A program made the translations under genes and the position numbers. Below, in pieces: positions 1 through 7,607 of a stretch of 11,233 nt of DNA. Where the stretch lies: the sequence record SRR20825006_3114. One strand, 5' to 3'. Position 1 is the first letter of the stretch; the number at the start of each line of letters is the position of its first letter. The notes below the pieces were generated by a model, which ran no database searches, was not told the DNA's origin, and saw nothing but the letters and a program-made list of their open reading frames with translations.

Positions 1-587
1 GCAAATTCTTCTTCATAAACCCAATCGGTAACTCCATTGATGATTTTATTTTTCTTCCCATCGGTTGTTACTTGTACTGTATTTCCTTTTTCTAAATCTT
101 TTATGTAGATGTTATTTTCAAATACAAAAGCAACTTTAGAACCGTCTGGAGAAAAAGTAGGTTCTTGAATTTTATTTTCTGAAATTAATTCTAAATCCTT
201 TGAAGCAATAGTATACACATAATACTTTCCTAATTTAGATCTCCTGAAAACTGATTCTACATCGGTTGCCAAAATTAACTTCGACTCATCCTTACTAAAT
301 GTATACGACGAAAAGTAGTTGATATTTGGTAAGTCCGAAGAAGTAACTATGGTTTCAACTTTTTCTAAAGTTTTATAATTGTATTTATCGATGGCGGCAC
401 TTTTTGAGCTCCTATCGAAGTTCAAAACTGTGTATTGTGTACCATTTTTCATGGAATGTAGTACATCCATTCCTTCAGTGCGAAAGGCACCTCCCCATAT
501 TTCTTCTAAAGTAATTTTCTGATTTTGAGCAGTTGTGAGGGAAACTAGACCTACAAAAAGTAGGAGCAACGTATAATGTCTCTTCAT
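1..587 (-). CDS. dpp4: Dipeptidyl peptidase IV (S9B family), N-terminal part; runs off the left edge
   Basis: Manual translation from ATG at 587: MKRHYTLLLLFVGLVSLTTAQNQKITLEEIWGGAFRTEG...FRRS...QEPTFSPDGSKVAFVFENNIY...QVTTDGKKNKIINGVTDWVYEEEF, open to the edge. Signal peptide plus the DWVYEEE motif of the DPP IV beta-propeller. Catalytic domain lies outside the window. Confidence 0.92.
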   Translation of the reverse strand, partial: MKRHYTLLLLFVGLVSLTTAQNQKITLEEIWGGAFRTEGMDVLHSMKNGTQYTVLNFDRSSKSAAIDKYNYKTLEKVETIVTSSDLPNINYFSSYTFSKDESKLILATDVESVFRRSKLGKYYVYTIASKDLELISENKIQEPTFSPDGSKVAFVFENNIYIKDLEKGNTVQVTTDGKKNKIINGVTDWVYEEEF

Positions 588-616
588 TAATTGTTATGTA
601 TTGATTAAAAAACCGT

Positions 617-624
617 CAAGTTTA
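617..624 (-). promoter_or_regulatory. Possible Bacteroidota -7 element for dpp4 (TAAACTTG)
   Basis: One mismatch to TAnnTTTG, about 30 nt upstream of the ATG at 587; no clear -33 element. Confidence 0.35.
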
Positions 625-779
625 CTAAAAATTTCACAGATACCGTAACTTTTAGCGTTAAACCTTCCCTTTATCGCTATCCTTTCTTACGGAAATGCCC
701 TCTTTGTTATATCAAACAATCAGAATTCTAAATTATTATTGATAAAGCTCACAAATAAGACCGCTCTAAAGAGATTCAT

Positions 780-787
780 TATCTTTG
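780..787 (+). promoter_or_regulatory. Bacteroidota -7 promoter element (TATCTTTG) for the mevalonate pair
   Basis: Exact TAnnTTTG match 22 nt upstream of the ATG at 810; no TTTG at the -33 position. Confidence 0.65.
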
Positions 788-809
788 CTTTTTATAATTA
801 AACTTACAA

Positions 810-2135
810 ATGGCAGAACCTGTAAACGGATTTTCAAAGCTTACTAAAAATCAAAAGATTGAGTGGTTAGCAAAAAATCATTTTATAAATAAAGAAGAAG
901 GCGTAAAAACCTTGGAACAATATTGGAATAAAGATGCTAAACTACAAGCATTACATGATGAATTTATAGAAAATACTATTTCAAATTTTTACCTTCCTCT
1001 GGGAATCGCTCCTAATTTTTTAATCAATCAAAAATACCATACAATTCCAATGGCTATTGAGGAAAGCTCGGTAGTAGCAGCCGCTGGAAAAGCTGCTAAA
1101 TATTGGCAACAACGTGGTGGTTTTAAAACTAAAATTCTAGGGACAGAAAAAATAGGTCAGGTTCATTTTATGTACCACGGAGACGCTTCTAAATTAAAAA
1201 GTTTTTTTACTGAAGTTGAACCTAAACTATATAAAGCCACTGAAACTATTACCGAGAATATGCGCAAGCGAGGTGGCGGTATTTCTACAATAGAACTAAA
1301 AAACAAAACAAGTCAATTAGACAATTACTACCAACTCCACTGTACTTTTGAAACGTTGGATGCCATGGGAGCAAACTTTATTAACTCCTGTTTAGAAGCA
1401 ATTGCTAAAACTTTTAGCGCAGAAGCTCATCAAAACTCTTTGTTTTCTCCTGAAGAAAAAAACATAGAAATTGTAATGAGTATTCTTTCAAATTATGTTC
1501 CAAATTGTGTTGTAAAAGCTGAAGTATCCTGTAAAATTGAAGAACTAAACGAAGACAAAAACCTGAATCCGCAAGAGTTTGCCGATAAATTTGTACGCGC
1601 AGTAGCCATTGCAAATGCAGAACCTCACCGAGCAGTAACTCATAATAAAGGAATTATGAATGGGGTAGACGCAGTGGTTTTGGCAACTGGAAACGATTTT
1701 CGAGCTATTGAAGCTGGTGCACATGCGTATGCTTCAAAATCTGGAAGCTATAAAAGTCTAACTCATGCCGAAATTAAAGATGGAATTTTTAAATTTTGGA
1801 TTGAAATTCCATTAGCACTAGGGACTGTTGGCGGACTCACAAGCTTACATCCTTTGGTTAAATTATCATTAGAAATTCTAGACAAACCGTCTGCCAGAGC
1901 GTTAATGCAAATTATTGCTGTAGCAGGATTGGCCCAAAACTTTGCTGCCGTACGTTCTTTAATTACAGACGGAATTCAAAAAGGACACATGAAAATGCAC
2001 CTAATGAATATTTTAAATCAGCTTGGAGCAACTGCAGAAGAAAAAGCATACTTTGTTGATTTTTATAAAAATAAAACCATTACGCACAGCAATGTAATTA
2101 AAGAGTTTAACGACTTAAAAGCTAAAAATGTCTAG
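810..2135 (+). CDS. mvaA: Hydroxymethylglutaryl-CoA reductase, class II
   Basis: Class II HMGR motifs ENTISNFYLPLGIA, EESSVVAA, DAMGANFIN, THNKGIMNG, TGNDFRAIEA, GHMKMH; 441 aa. Confidence 0.96.
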   Translation: MAEPVNGFSKLTKNQKIEWLAKNHFINKEEGVKTLEQYWNKDAKLQALHDEFIENTISNFYLPLGIAPNFLINQKYHTIPMAIEESSVVAAAGKAAKYWQQRGGFKTKILGTEKIGQVHFMYHGDASKLKSFFTEVEPKLYKATETITENMRKRGGGISTIELKNKTSQLDNYYQLHCTFETLDAMGANFINSCLEAIAKTFSAEAHQNSLFSPEEKNIEIVMSILSNYVPNCVVKAEVSCKIEELNEDKNLNPQEFADKFVRAVAIANAEPHRAVTHNKGIMNGVDAVVLATGNDFRAIEAGAHAYASKSGSYKSLTHAEIKDGIFKFWIEIPLALGTVGGLTSLHPLVKLSLEILDKPSARALMQIIAVAGLAQNFAAVRSLITDGIQKGHMKMHLMNILNQLGATAEEKAYFVDFYKNKTITHSNVIKEFNDLKAKNV

Positions 2136-3060
2136 TTACCATAGCAACGGAAAATTATTAATAACTGGAGAATATACTGTTTTAGATGGCGCTTTGAGCT
2201 TGGCGCTCCCTGCAAAATTTGGGCAATCACTATCTATTACAGAAAATTCTTCTGATAAAATATCTTGGAAAGCGATCAACAATGAAGGCAATATTTGGTT
2301 TACGGCAAATTACAATTTAAACGATATTGAAATTGACGCTGAACCCTCCATAATTGAAACCGACAATGAAGGAGCTGCAAAAACATTGCTTACTATTTTA
2401 AAAGAAGCCAAAAAATTAAATCCTCATTTTTTAATAAACTCAAATGGAATTGAAGCAACTACAATTTTAGAATTCCCAGAAAACTGGGGCTTAGGCTCTT
2501 CTTCAACACTTATAAATAATGTGGCATCTTGGGCTAAAATAAATGCCTTTGATTTACTATGGAATAGTTTTTCTGGTAGCGGTTATGATATTGCTTGTGC
2601 GCAGAATAATTCGGCAATTACTTATCAACTAAAAAATAAAGAACCTTTTATTGATAAGGTAAATTTCAATCCTATTTTTAAAGATCAACTTTTCTTTATT
2701 CATCTAAATAAAAAACAAAATAGTAGAGAAGGAATTAAACGCTACCAAAAAATAGCTCCTTCAGCAGAAAAAAAAGAAGCCATTAAAAAAATCAATTCTC
2801 TTACTTCTAAAGTTCTAAAGACAACTGCTTTAAATGCTTTTGAAACTATTATAGAGGAGCACGAAGATATTATCGCTTCGCTTATACAATTAAAACCCGT
2901 AAAAGAACACTTTTTTAAGGACTTTAAAGGAAGTATTAAAAGTCTCGGAGCATGGGGTGGAGATTTTATATTAGCAACAGGAGAACAAACTTATGTTACT
3001 TCTTACTTTTCCGTAAAAGGCTACAATACTATTCTTACATATCAAGAAATGATTGCATAA
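2128..3060 (+). CDS. GYDIA-family GHMP kinase, probable phosphomevalonate kinase
   Basis: GKLLITGEY at the N-terminus, GHMP ATP loop PENWGLGSSS, GSGYDIA, C-terminal KSLGAWGGD; overlaps mvaA by 8 nt. Family call is strong; substrate is inferred. Confidence 0.85.
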   Translation: MSSYHSNGKLLITGEYTVLDGALSLALPAKFGQSLSITENSSDKISWKAINNEGNIWFTANYNLNDIEIDAEPSIIETDNEGAAKTLLTILKEAKKLNPHFLINSNGIEATTILEFPENWGLGSSSTLINNVASWAKINAFDLLWNSFSGSGYDIACAQNNSAITYQLKNKEPFIDKVNFNPIFKDQLFFIHLNKKQNSREGIKRYQKIAPSAEKKEAIKKINSLTSKVLKTTALNAFETIIEEHEDIIASLIQLKPVKEHFFKDFKGSIKSLGAWGGDFILATGEQTYVTSYFSVKGYNTILTYQEMIA

Positions 3061-3089
3061 AAAAAGCTTCCTTTTCAGGAAGCTTTTTT
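3060..3089. terminator. Bidirectional intrinsic terminator between the convergent kinase and ppiD genes
   Basis: AAAAAAGCTTCCT-TTTC-AGGAAGCTTTTTT: perfect 13-bp inverted repeat giving a U-tract on each strand. Confidence 0.9.
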
Positions 3090-3108
3090 ATACTATTTTA
3101 TAATTAGC

Positions 3109-5214
3109 TTAATAAATATCAGCTCTTTCATCTTCAATTTCTGCAGCATCCTTAAGTGCGTTATACGCTGCAATAGTAGCTCTATTTCTATTAAGAGTTT
3201 TTTGTGTATTAGAGTAAGTAGCATAGTTCTCTAAAGAAGGTGCTATCTCTTTCTTTGTTACAGATACCATAAACACTCCATTTTCACCTTCAATTAAATT
3301 TGAAGTATCTCCTTCTGAAAGCGCCATTGCAACTCCTACAACTTTAGGCTCTCTTCCAGCACCAGAAATTGTTGGTGTTTTCATGCTAAGTCCAGCAGCA
3401 GCAGTAACATTAACATTATTAGTTTTTGCTAATTCGTCAATCGACTTACCAGCATTATCCTTCATAATAATAGCAGCTTTCTTTTGCTTTCTTAAAATAG
3501 GCAATACAGTTGCAGAAGCATCTTTAGCAGTTGCTAAACCTTCTTTTCTTTTTCCTGTTAATTGAGCTATTGCATATCCGTTAGGCGTATTAAAACGCTT
3601 AACATCTCCTACTTCAGTCTCTTCATTAAAAGCCCACTGAACCATCCCACGTTGGTTTCCTATTCCTGGGATATTTTCGTCTAAAGCTTTTATTTTATTA
3701 ACTGGACGTACATTGTAATTTGAAGCCTTTGCCACTTCTTGGAAGTCTCCATCAACGGCTGCCATTTCAAATTTTGTAGTCTCTGTATAAAGGTTGCTTA
3801 TTGTTTTTTCTGACGGCTCAATCTCTCTAGCAACAGTTGCCAATTGTACAACATTATACTTATCATCAATTTTAATAACATGGAAACCAAAGTCAGTTTC
3901 TACTAAACCTATTGAACCAATTTTGTTATCAAAAATATAATCATTGAACTGAGGTACCATTTGCCCTTCAGGAATATTATCATAAGTTCCACCACTATTT
4001 GCAGATCCAGGATCTTCAGAATTTTCTTTTGCTAAAGTTGCAAAATCATCTGGTTTAGCTTTTGCTTTAGCCAACAATTCTTCTGCTTTTGCTTTAGCTT
4101 CTTCTTTTGTTCTAGATTCTTTTGGCTGTGCCTGAGAACCATCATAAGAAATAAGAATGTGACTTGCTTTTACAGATCCTCCTTCTTTATTAGCAACTTT
4201 TCTAGTTATTTTAAAATAGTTACCATCTTTATAAGGACCATAAACGCTTCCAACAGGAAGGTTATAAAGCGTATCTGCTAATGCAGCTGGCAAGTCTTTT
4301 TTAGTTACGTATGTAGAATCGTATTTAATGTCAGAATTTCTAGTTACAAAATCTTGAACATTTGTAGTTGTTTTAAAACCAGCTACAGTCTCGTCACTTT
4401 TAGTCGCTTCGTTATAAACAACGCTGTTTTCTAAAAGTTTAGAAAGTTCTGTTTTTACTTCGTTGATATCGTCTTCAGAAGCACTCTCTTCAAAATAAAC
4501 ATAACGAATATCTCTAGAAGCATCTTGTTTAAATTCTTTTTTATGCTCTTTAACGTAAGATTCAATCTCACTATTTGAAACATTAACCGTACTATCTGCA
4601 ATAGCTGTATAAGGTATTTTTACATACTTAACGTCTACTTTATCTGACTCTAAATGATATGCTAATTCTCCTTCTTTCAAAGTAGCGCCAACACCTGCTT
4701 TAATTAAATTAAAATACGATTGCTCTTTTGAAGCATTAATCAATGCATCTTCTTGCATTTGCCACTGCTGATATCCAGCTGGGTTATTTGCCTTTAAATC
4801 TGCAATAAACTCAATAAATTTACCTTCATCAAAAACACCGGCTTCATTTTGAAAAGTAGGATCTTGAGCAAAAGCAGGATTTGCTTTAACAACTTCTAAA
4901 ATCTGATCTTTTTCAATATTAATTCCTAAGTCTTCATATTGTTGCTCTAGAACAATCCCTCTAACCTCTTGATTCCATACTTGATTTACAACTTGAACAG
5001 TGGTAGCATTTGCACCATATCTTCTGGAAGCATTTTCTACTTTATACGCAAACTCTTGTCGCGATATACTTTCTCCATTTACCTCTCCAACAGTTGTTTT
5101 TCCAGTCCCAGAATCTTTACCAAAAACACCGGAAATAACAAATGCAAATAAAGCCAAACCTATCACTAATATTAAGAATAGTGAGCGACTTCTAATTTTT
5201 TCTAGAATTGCCAT
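3109..5214 (-). CDS. ppiD: PpiD-like membrane-anchored periplasmic chaperone / parvulin peptidyl-prolyl isomerase
   Basis: N-terminal TM helix (LFLILVIGLALFAFVI), SurA_N-like VGEVNGESIS segment, rotamase domain VKASHILISY...SEDPGS...GQMVPQFNDYIF...VETDFGFHVIKI; 701 aa. Confidence 0.88.
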   Translation of the reverse strand: MAILEKIRSRSLFLILVIGLALFAFVISGVFGKDSGTGKTTVGEVNGESISRQEFAYKVENASRRYGANATTVQVVNQVWNQEVRGIVLEQQYEDLGINIEKDQILEVVKANPAFAQDPTFQNEAGVFDEGKFIEFIADLKANNPAGYQQWQMQEDALINASKEQSYFNLIKAGVGATLKEGELAYHLESDKVDVKYVKIPYTAIADSTVNVSNSEIESYVKEHKKEFKQDASRDIRYVYFEESASEDDINEVKTELSKLLENSVVYNEATKSDETVAGFKTTTNVQDFVTRNSDIKYDSTYVTKKDLPAALADTLYNLPVGSVYGPYKDGNYFKITRKVANKEGGSVKASHILISYDGSQAQPKESRTKEEAKAKAEELLAKAKAKPDDFATLAKENSEDPGSANSGGTYDNIPEGQMVPQFNDYIFDNKIGSIGLVETDFGFHVIKIDDKYNVVQLATVAREIEPSEKTISNLYTETTKFEMAAVDGDFQEVAKASNYNVRPVNKIKALDENIPGIGNQRGMVQWAFNEETEVGDVKRFNTPNGYAIAQLTGKRKEGLATAKDASATVLPILRKQKKAAIIMKDNAGKSIDELAKTNNVNVTAAAGLSMKTPTISGAGREPKVVGVAMALSEGDTSNLIEGENGVFMVSVTKKEIAPSLENYATYSNTQKTLNRNRATIAAYNALKDAAEIEDERADIY

Positions 5215-5245
5215 TTATCAATACAATTTATTAAATTAATGTGGG

Positions 5246-5253
5246 CGAAAATA
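5246..5253 (-). promoter_or_regulatory. Probable -7 element for ppiD (TATTTTCG)
   Basis: One mismatch to TAnnTTTG, 31 nt upstream of the ATG at 5214, just downstream of a terminator-like hairpin. Confidence 0.5.
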
Positions 5254-5267
5254 CCACTTTTTTGGAA

Positions 5268-5307
5268 TAATAAAAACCTGAAGATGTAATTATTGAGGTT
5301 TTTATTA
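5268..5307 (-). terminator. Probable intrinsic terminator downstream of the CNNM/CorC gene
   Basis: TAATAAAAACCT-N16-AGGTTTTTATTA perfect 12-bp inverted repeat, T-rich 3' side on the minus strand. AT-rich stem and large loop lower confidence. Confidence 0.55.
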
Positions 5308-5429
5308 AATATCTTTAAAATTAAACATCCATCCTTTAAAAGTTGAACGATATTTTATGATATTTCAAAGAAATACTACGTTTACACAATTAAAACATAA
5401 CATTATACTTAAAGTCTTTATAGAAACTA

Positions 5430-6701
5430 TTACTCGGCTTTCAAAATTTTAAGAGAAACCAAATCAATTTTAGTATTGCTAACTTCTAAAATAGTAAATT
5501 GATAATCTTCCACAACCACCACTTCATTCTTAGAAGGAATCTCCCCTATATTACTAACTATAAGTCCTCCAAGCGTTTCATAATTTTCTCCCTCTGGTAG
5601 ATTCAATTTATATTCTTCATTAATATAATCCACTTCCAATCTTGCAGAAAACTTAAACTCATTGCTACTTACCTGCTCTTCTGTAAGAGCAACACTATCA
5701 TGCTCATCTTCTATTTCTCCAAATAACTCTTCTACAATATCTTCTACTGTCATTATCCCAGAAGTACCTCCATATTCATCTAAAACAACAGCTATACTTT
5801 TACGCTTTTTTGTAAGCAATTCTAAAACGTCGCTAATTAACATAGTCTCTGGAACGTACTCCACAGGCATCATCACTGCTTTTATGTTTGCTGGCTTTTT
5901 AAACAAATCAAAAGAATGCACATAACCAATTATGTCGTCTATAGTATCTTTGTACACTAAAATTTTAGAATAACCAGTTTCTGTAAAAATTTTACTTATT
6001 CCCTTCGGAAGTTCCTCTACTTCAACTGCTGTAATTTCGGTTCGAGGAATCATTACTTCACGAGCTTTAACTTCGGCAAATTCTAGTGCATTTTGAAAGA
6101 GTTGAATTTCAGAATCTAAATCGTCTTCTTCATTGGCAGCCTCCATTTGTTCGGAAATATAATCTCCCAATTCAACTTTACTAAAAGCTAGTTGCACTTC
6201 ATCTCCATCAGTTTTAAAAAATACTTTTAACACTAAATCAGAAATCCAGATTATAAATGAAGATATAAAAGAAAAAAGCATGTAAAAAACATACGCCGGA
6301 ATAGCGAATATCTTTAGCAAGCTATTTGCATAGATTTGAAAAAAAACTTTCGGTAAAAATTCAGCGGTTATTAATATTACCAGAGTTGAAATAATAGTTT
6401 GCACCAAAATAACATCAAAAGGAGGACTCTCAATTCCAGCAAAAGCAGGATATAGATGATCTATTATAAGGTCTCCCATAAAAATACCATACACAACCAA
6501 GGCTATGTTATTCCCAACCAACATTGTTGCAATAAATTTGGAGGGTTTTTTGGTAAGTTTAGTAAGCACTTTAGCAAGAATCCCTTCTTGCTTTTTCTCT
6601 ATTTCTATATGAATTTTATTAGAAGACACATAAGCAATCTCCATTCCAGAAAAGAATGCAGAGAGTAAAAGTGATACAATTATTATGACGATGTCTTGCA
6701 T
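5430..6701 (-). CDS. CNNM/CorC (TlyC 'hemolysin family') protein: DUF21 TM domain + CBS pair + CorC_HlyC domain; probable Mg2+/Co2+ transport
   Basis: SAFFSGMEIA, LVGNNIA, AEFLPK (DUF21); VMIPRTEI, GYSKILVY, VVLDEYGGTSGIMTVEDIVEELFGEIEDEHD (CBS); YETLGG (CorC_HlyC). Confidence 0.93.
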   Translation of the reverse strand: MQDIVIIIVSLLLSAFFSGMEIAYVSSNKIHIEIEKKQEGILAKVLTKLTKKPSKFIATMLVGNNIALVVYGIFMGDLIIDHLYPAFAGIESPPFDVILVQTIISTLVILITAEFLPKVFFQIYANSLLKIFAIPAYVFYMLFSFISSFIIWISDLVLKVFFKTDGDEVQLAFSKVELGDYISEQMEAANEEDDLDSEIQLFQNALEFAEVKAREVMIPRTEITAVEVEELPKGISKIFTETGYSKILVYKDTIDDIIGYVHSFDLFKKPANIKAVMMPVEYVPETMLISDVLELLTKKRKSIAVVLDEYGGTSGIMTVEDIVEELFGEIEDEHDSVALTEEQVSSNEFKFSARLEVDYINEEYKLNLPEGENYETLGGLIVSNIGEIPSKNEVVVVEDYQFTILEVSNTKIDLVSLKILKAE

Positions 6702-6896
6702 CTATTTTTTATTTTGCCTGTCGCTAAACCTTTTTCGGTAATACCTTCTAAAGAAAAACATTCCTATAGATATTATTGCGAAAAACAGCATAATATAAGC
6801 TCGTGTTCTATCTGTAGACCAAACGCGAACTAATTCTACTATTGCAACAATAGCAACTACAAGATAAGCAATCTCAAAAATTTTAAAATACTTCAT
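6702..6896 (-). CDS. Small membrane protein (2 predicted TM helices, basic C-tail), function unknown
   Basis: 64 aa, two hydrophobic stretches followed by RRYYRKRF; stop directly abuts the next start (TAG-ATG); consensus promoter element 29 nt upstream. Confidence 0.75.
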   Translation of the reverse strand: MKYFKIFEIAYLVVAIVAIVELVRVWSTDRTRAYIMLFFAIISIGMFFFRRYYRKRFSDRQNKK

Positions 6897-6925
6897 ATAT
6901 AGGTAAGAAAATAAATTCTATTAAT

Positions 6926-6956
6926 CAAATGTAAAGAAAAGTTATAAATAAGCGAA
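6926..6956 (-). promoter_or_regulatory. Bacteroidota promoter (TTCG-N19-TACATTTG) for the small membrane protein and CNNM gene
   Basis: Exact TAnnTTTG at 6933-6926 on the minus strand and a near-consensus -33 (TTCG, 6956-6953) at 19-nt spacing. Confidence 0.65.
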
Positions 6957-7030
6957 TTTTTTATTCACTTAGATAAATTTATGAACAATTAGAAAATGTT
7001 TAAAAGGATATTTTTTACTGAAGAAAAGTA

Positions 7031-7606
7031 TTATTCAGTTTCCGTTTGAGCATCGTCTTTTACTACTGCACTTCCTGAATTTTCATGAGAACTTACCACT
7101 GTAAACTCTTTATTAAAATCTATTCCAACCCCTTTCATATTAAGATCTGGACTCGTAAAGACATAATCTCCTTCTGTAAATATCCATTGATTATTTTGAT
7201 CCCAATATAGTTGCGGAGCGTTTAGACGTTTCCCGTCATAGGTTTCAAGAATTACATTTCCCTGCATGTCAATTAATTTAGTATTTAAATAAATAATACC
7301 ATAGTTAGCAGAAACTGTACTTTTTTGATTATCCTCATCATAGAAATCTACATGCACTCCTTTTGGAAATTCTCGATAAGGAAAAGGCTGGTTGCTATAA
7401 TCCTCATAAACAGGACCACTTACAACCGCGGTTAATTTTGTAGAATCGGTGTACTTTAAAACAAAATTTTCAGCAACACCAACGGGAGTTTTGTTAAGTG
7501 CATTCATTTTTTGCACTTCTTTCAAATTACTCTCACATGAAAAAAACATTGTCACAGCAATAACTGTGACAATGTTCATTAATATATATTTTAATCTAAA
7601 TTTCAT
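7031..7606 (-). CDS. lptC: LPS export protein LptC, with lipoprotein signal
   Basis: Lipobox-like MFFSC; pattern resembling Bacteroidota LptC (YTDS...EFPKGVHVDFYD...A.YGI...GNV...L.APQLYWDQ...IFTE...G.G); 191 aa. Alternative start at Met10 (7579). Confidence 0.85.
   Translation of the reverse strand: MKFRLKYILMNIVTVIAVTMFFSCESNLKEVQKMNALNKTPVGVAENFVLKYTDSTKLTAVVSGPVYEDYSNQPFPYREFPKGVHVDFYDEDNQKSTVSANYGIIYLNTKLIDMQGNVILETYDGKRLNAPQLYWDQNNQWIFTEGDYVFTSPDLNMKGVGIDFNKEFTVVSSHENSGSAVVKDDAQTETE
7540..7576 (-). terminator. Intragenic terminator-like hairpin within the lptC 5' coding region
   Basis: Minus strand AACATTGTCACAG-TTATTG-CTGTGACAATGTT-TTTTT: perfect 13-bp stem, 6-nt loop, 7-T run in total; begins 31 nt after the TPR gene stop. 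Confidence 0.6.
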
Positions 7607-7607
7607 T

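Noticed and set aside
1414..1614. 66-aa minus-strand ORF
   Set aside because: Antisense shadow entirely inside mvaA; no recognisable motif.
3383..3565. 60-aa plus-strand hydrophobic ORF
   Set aside because: Antisense to ppiD; hydrophobicity follows from the complement of Lys/Glu-rich codons.
4050..4110. Repeated GCTTTTGCTTTAGC-like units in ppiD
   Set aside because: Encodes the EAKAKAEELLAKAKAK helix of the parvulin insert; protein-level low complexity, not a DNA repeat element.
4969..5239. Two plus-strand ORFs (60 and 79 aa)
   Set aside because: Antisense shadows of the ppiD 5' end with non-ATG starts.
5662..6668. Plus-strand ORFs of 87 aa and 70 aa
   Set aside because: Antisense to the CNNM gene; no coding support.
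5430..6701. Calling this gene a hemolysin toxin or gldE
   Set aside because: 'Hemolysin' is a legacy family label for CNNM/CorC proteins. GldE shares the architecture, but no gliding genes are adjacent, so it cannot be supported.
6949..6971. Weak hairpin TAAGTGAAT-N5-ATTCGCTTA (minus strand) after lptC
   Set aside because: AT-rich stem with a G-U pair and poor U-tract that overlaps the -33 element; too weak to call a terminator.
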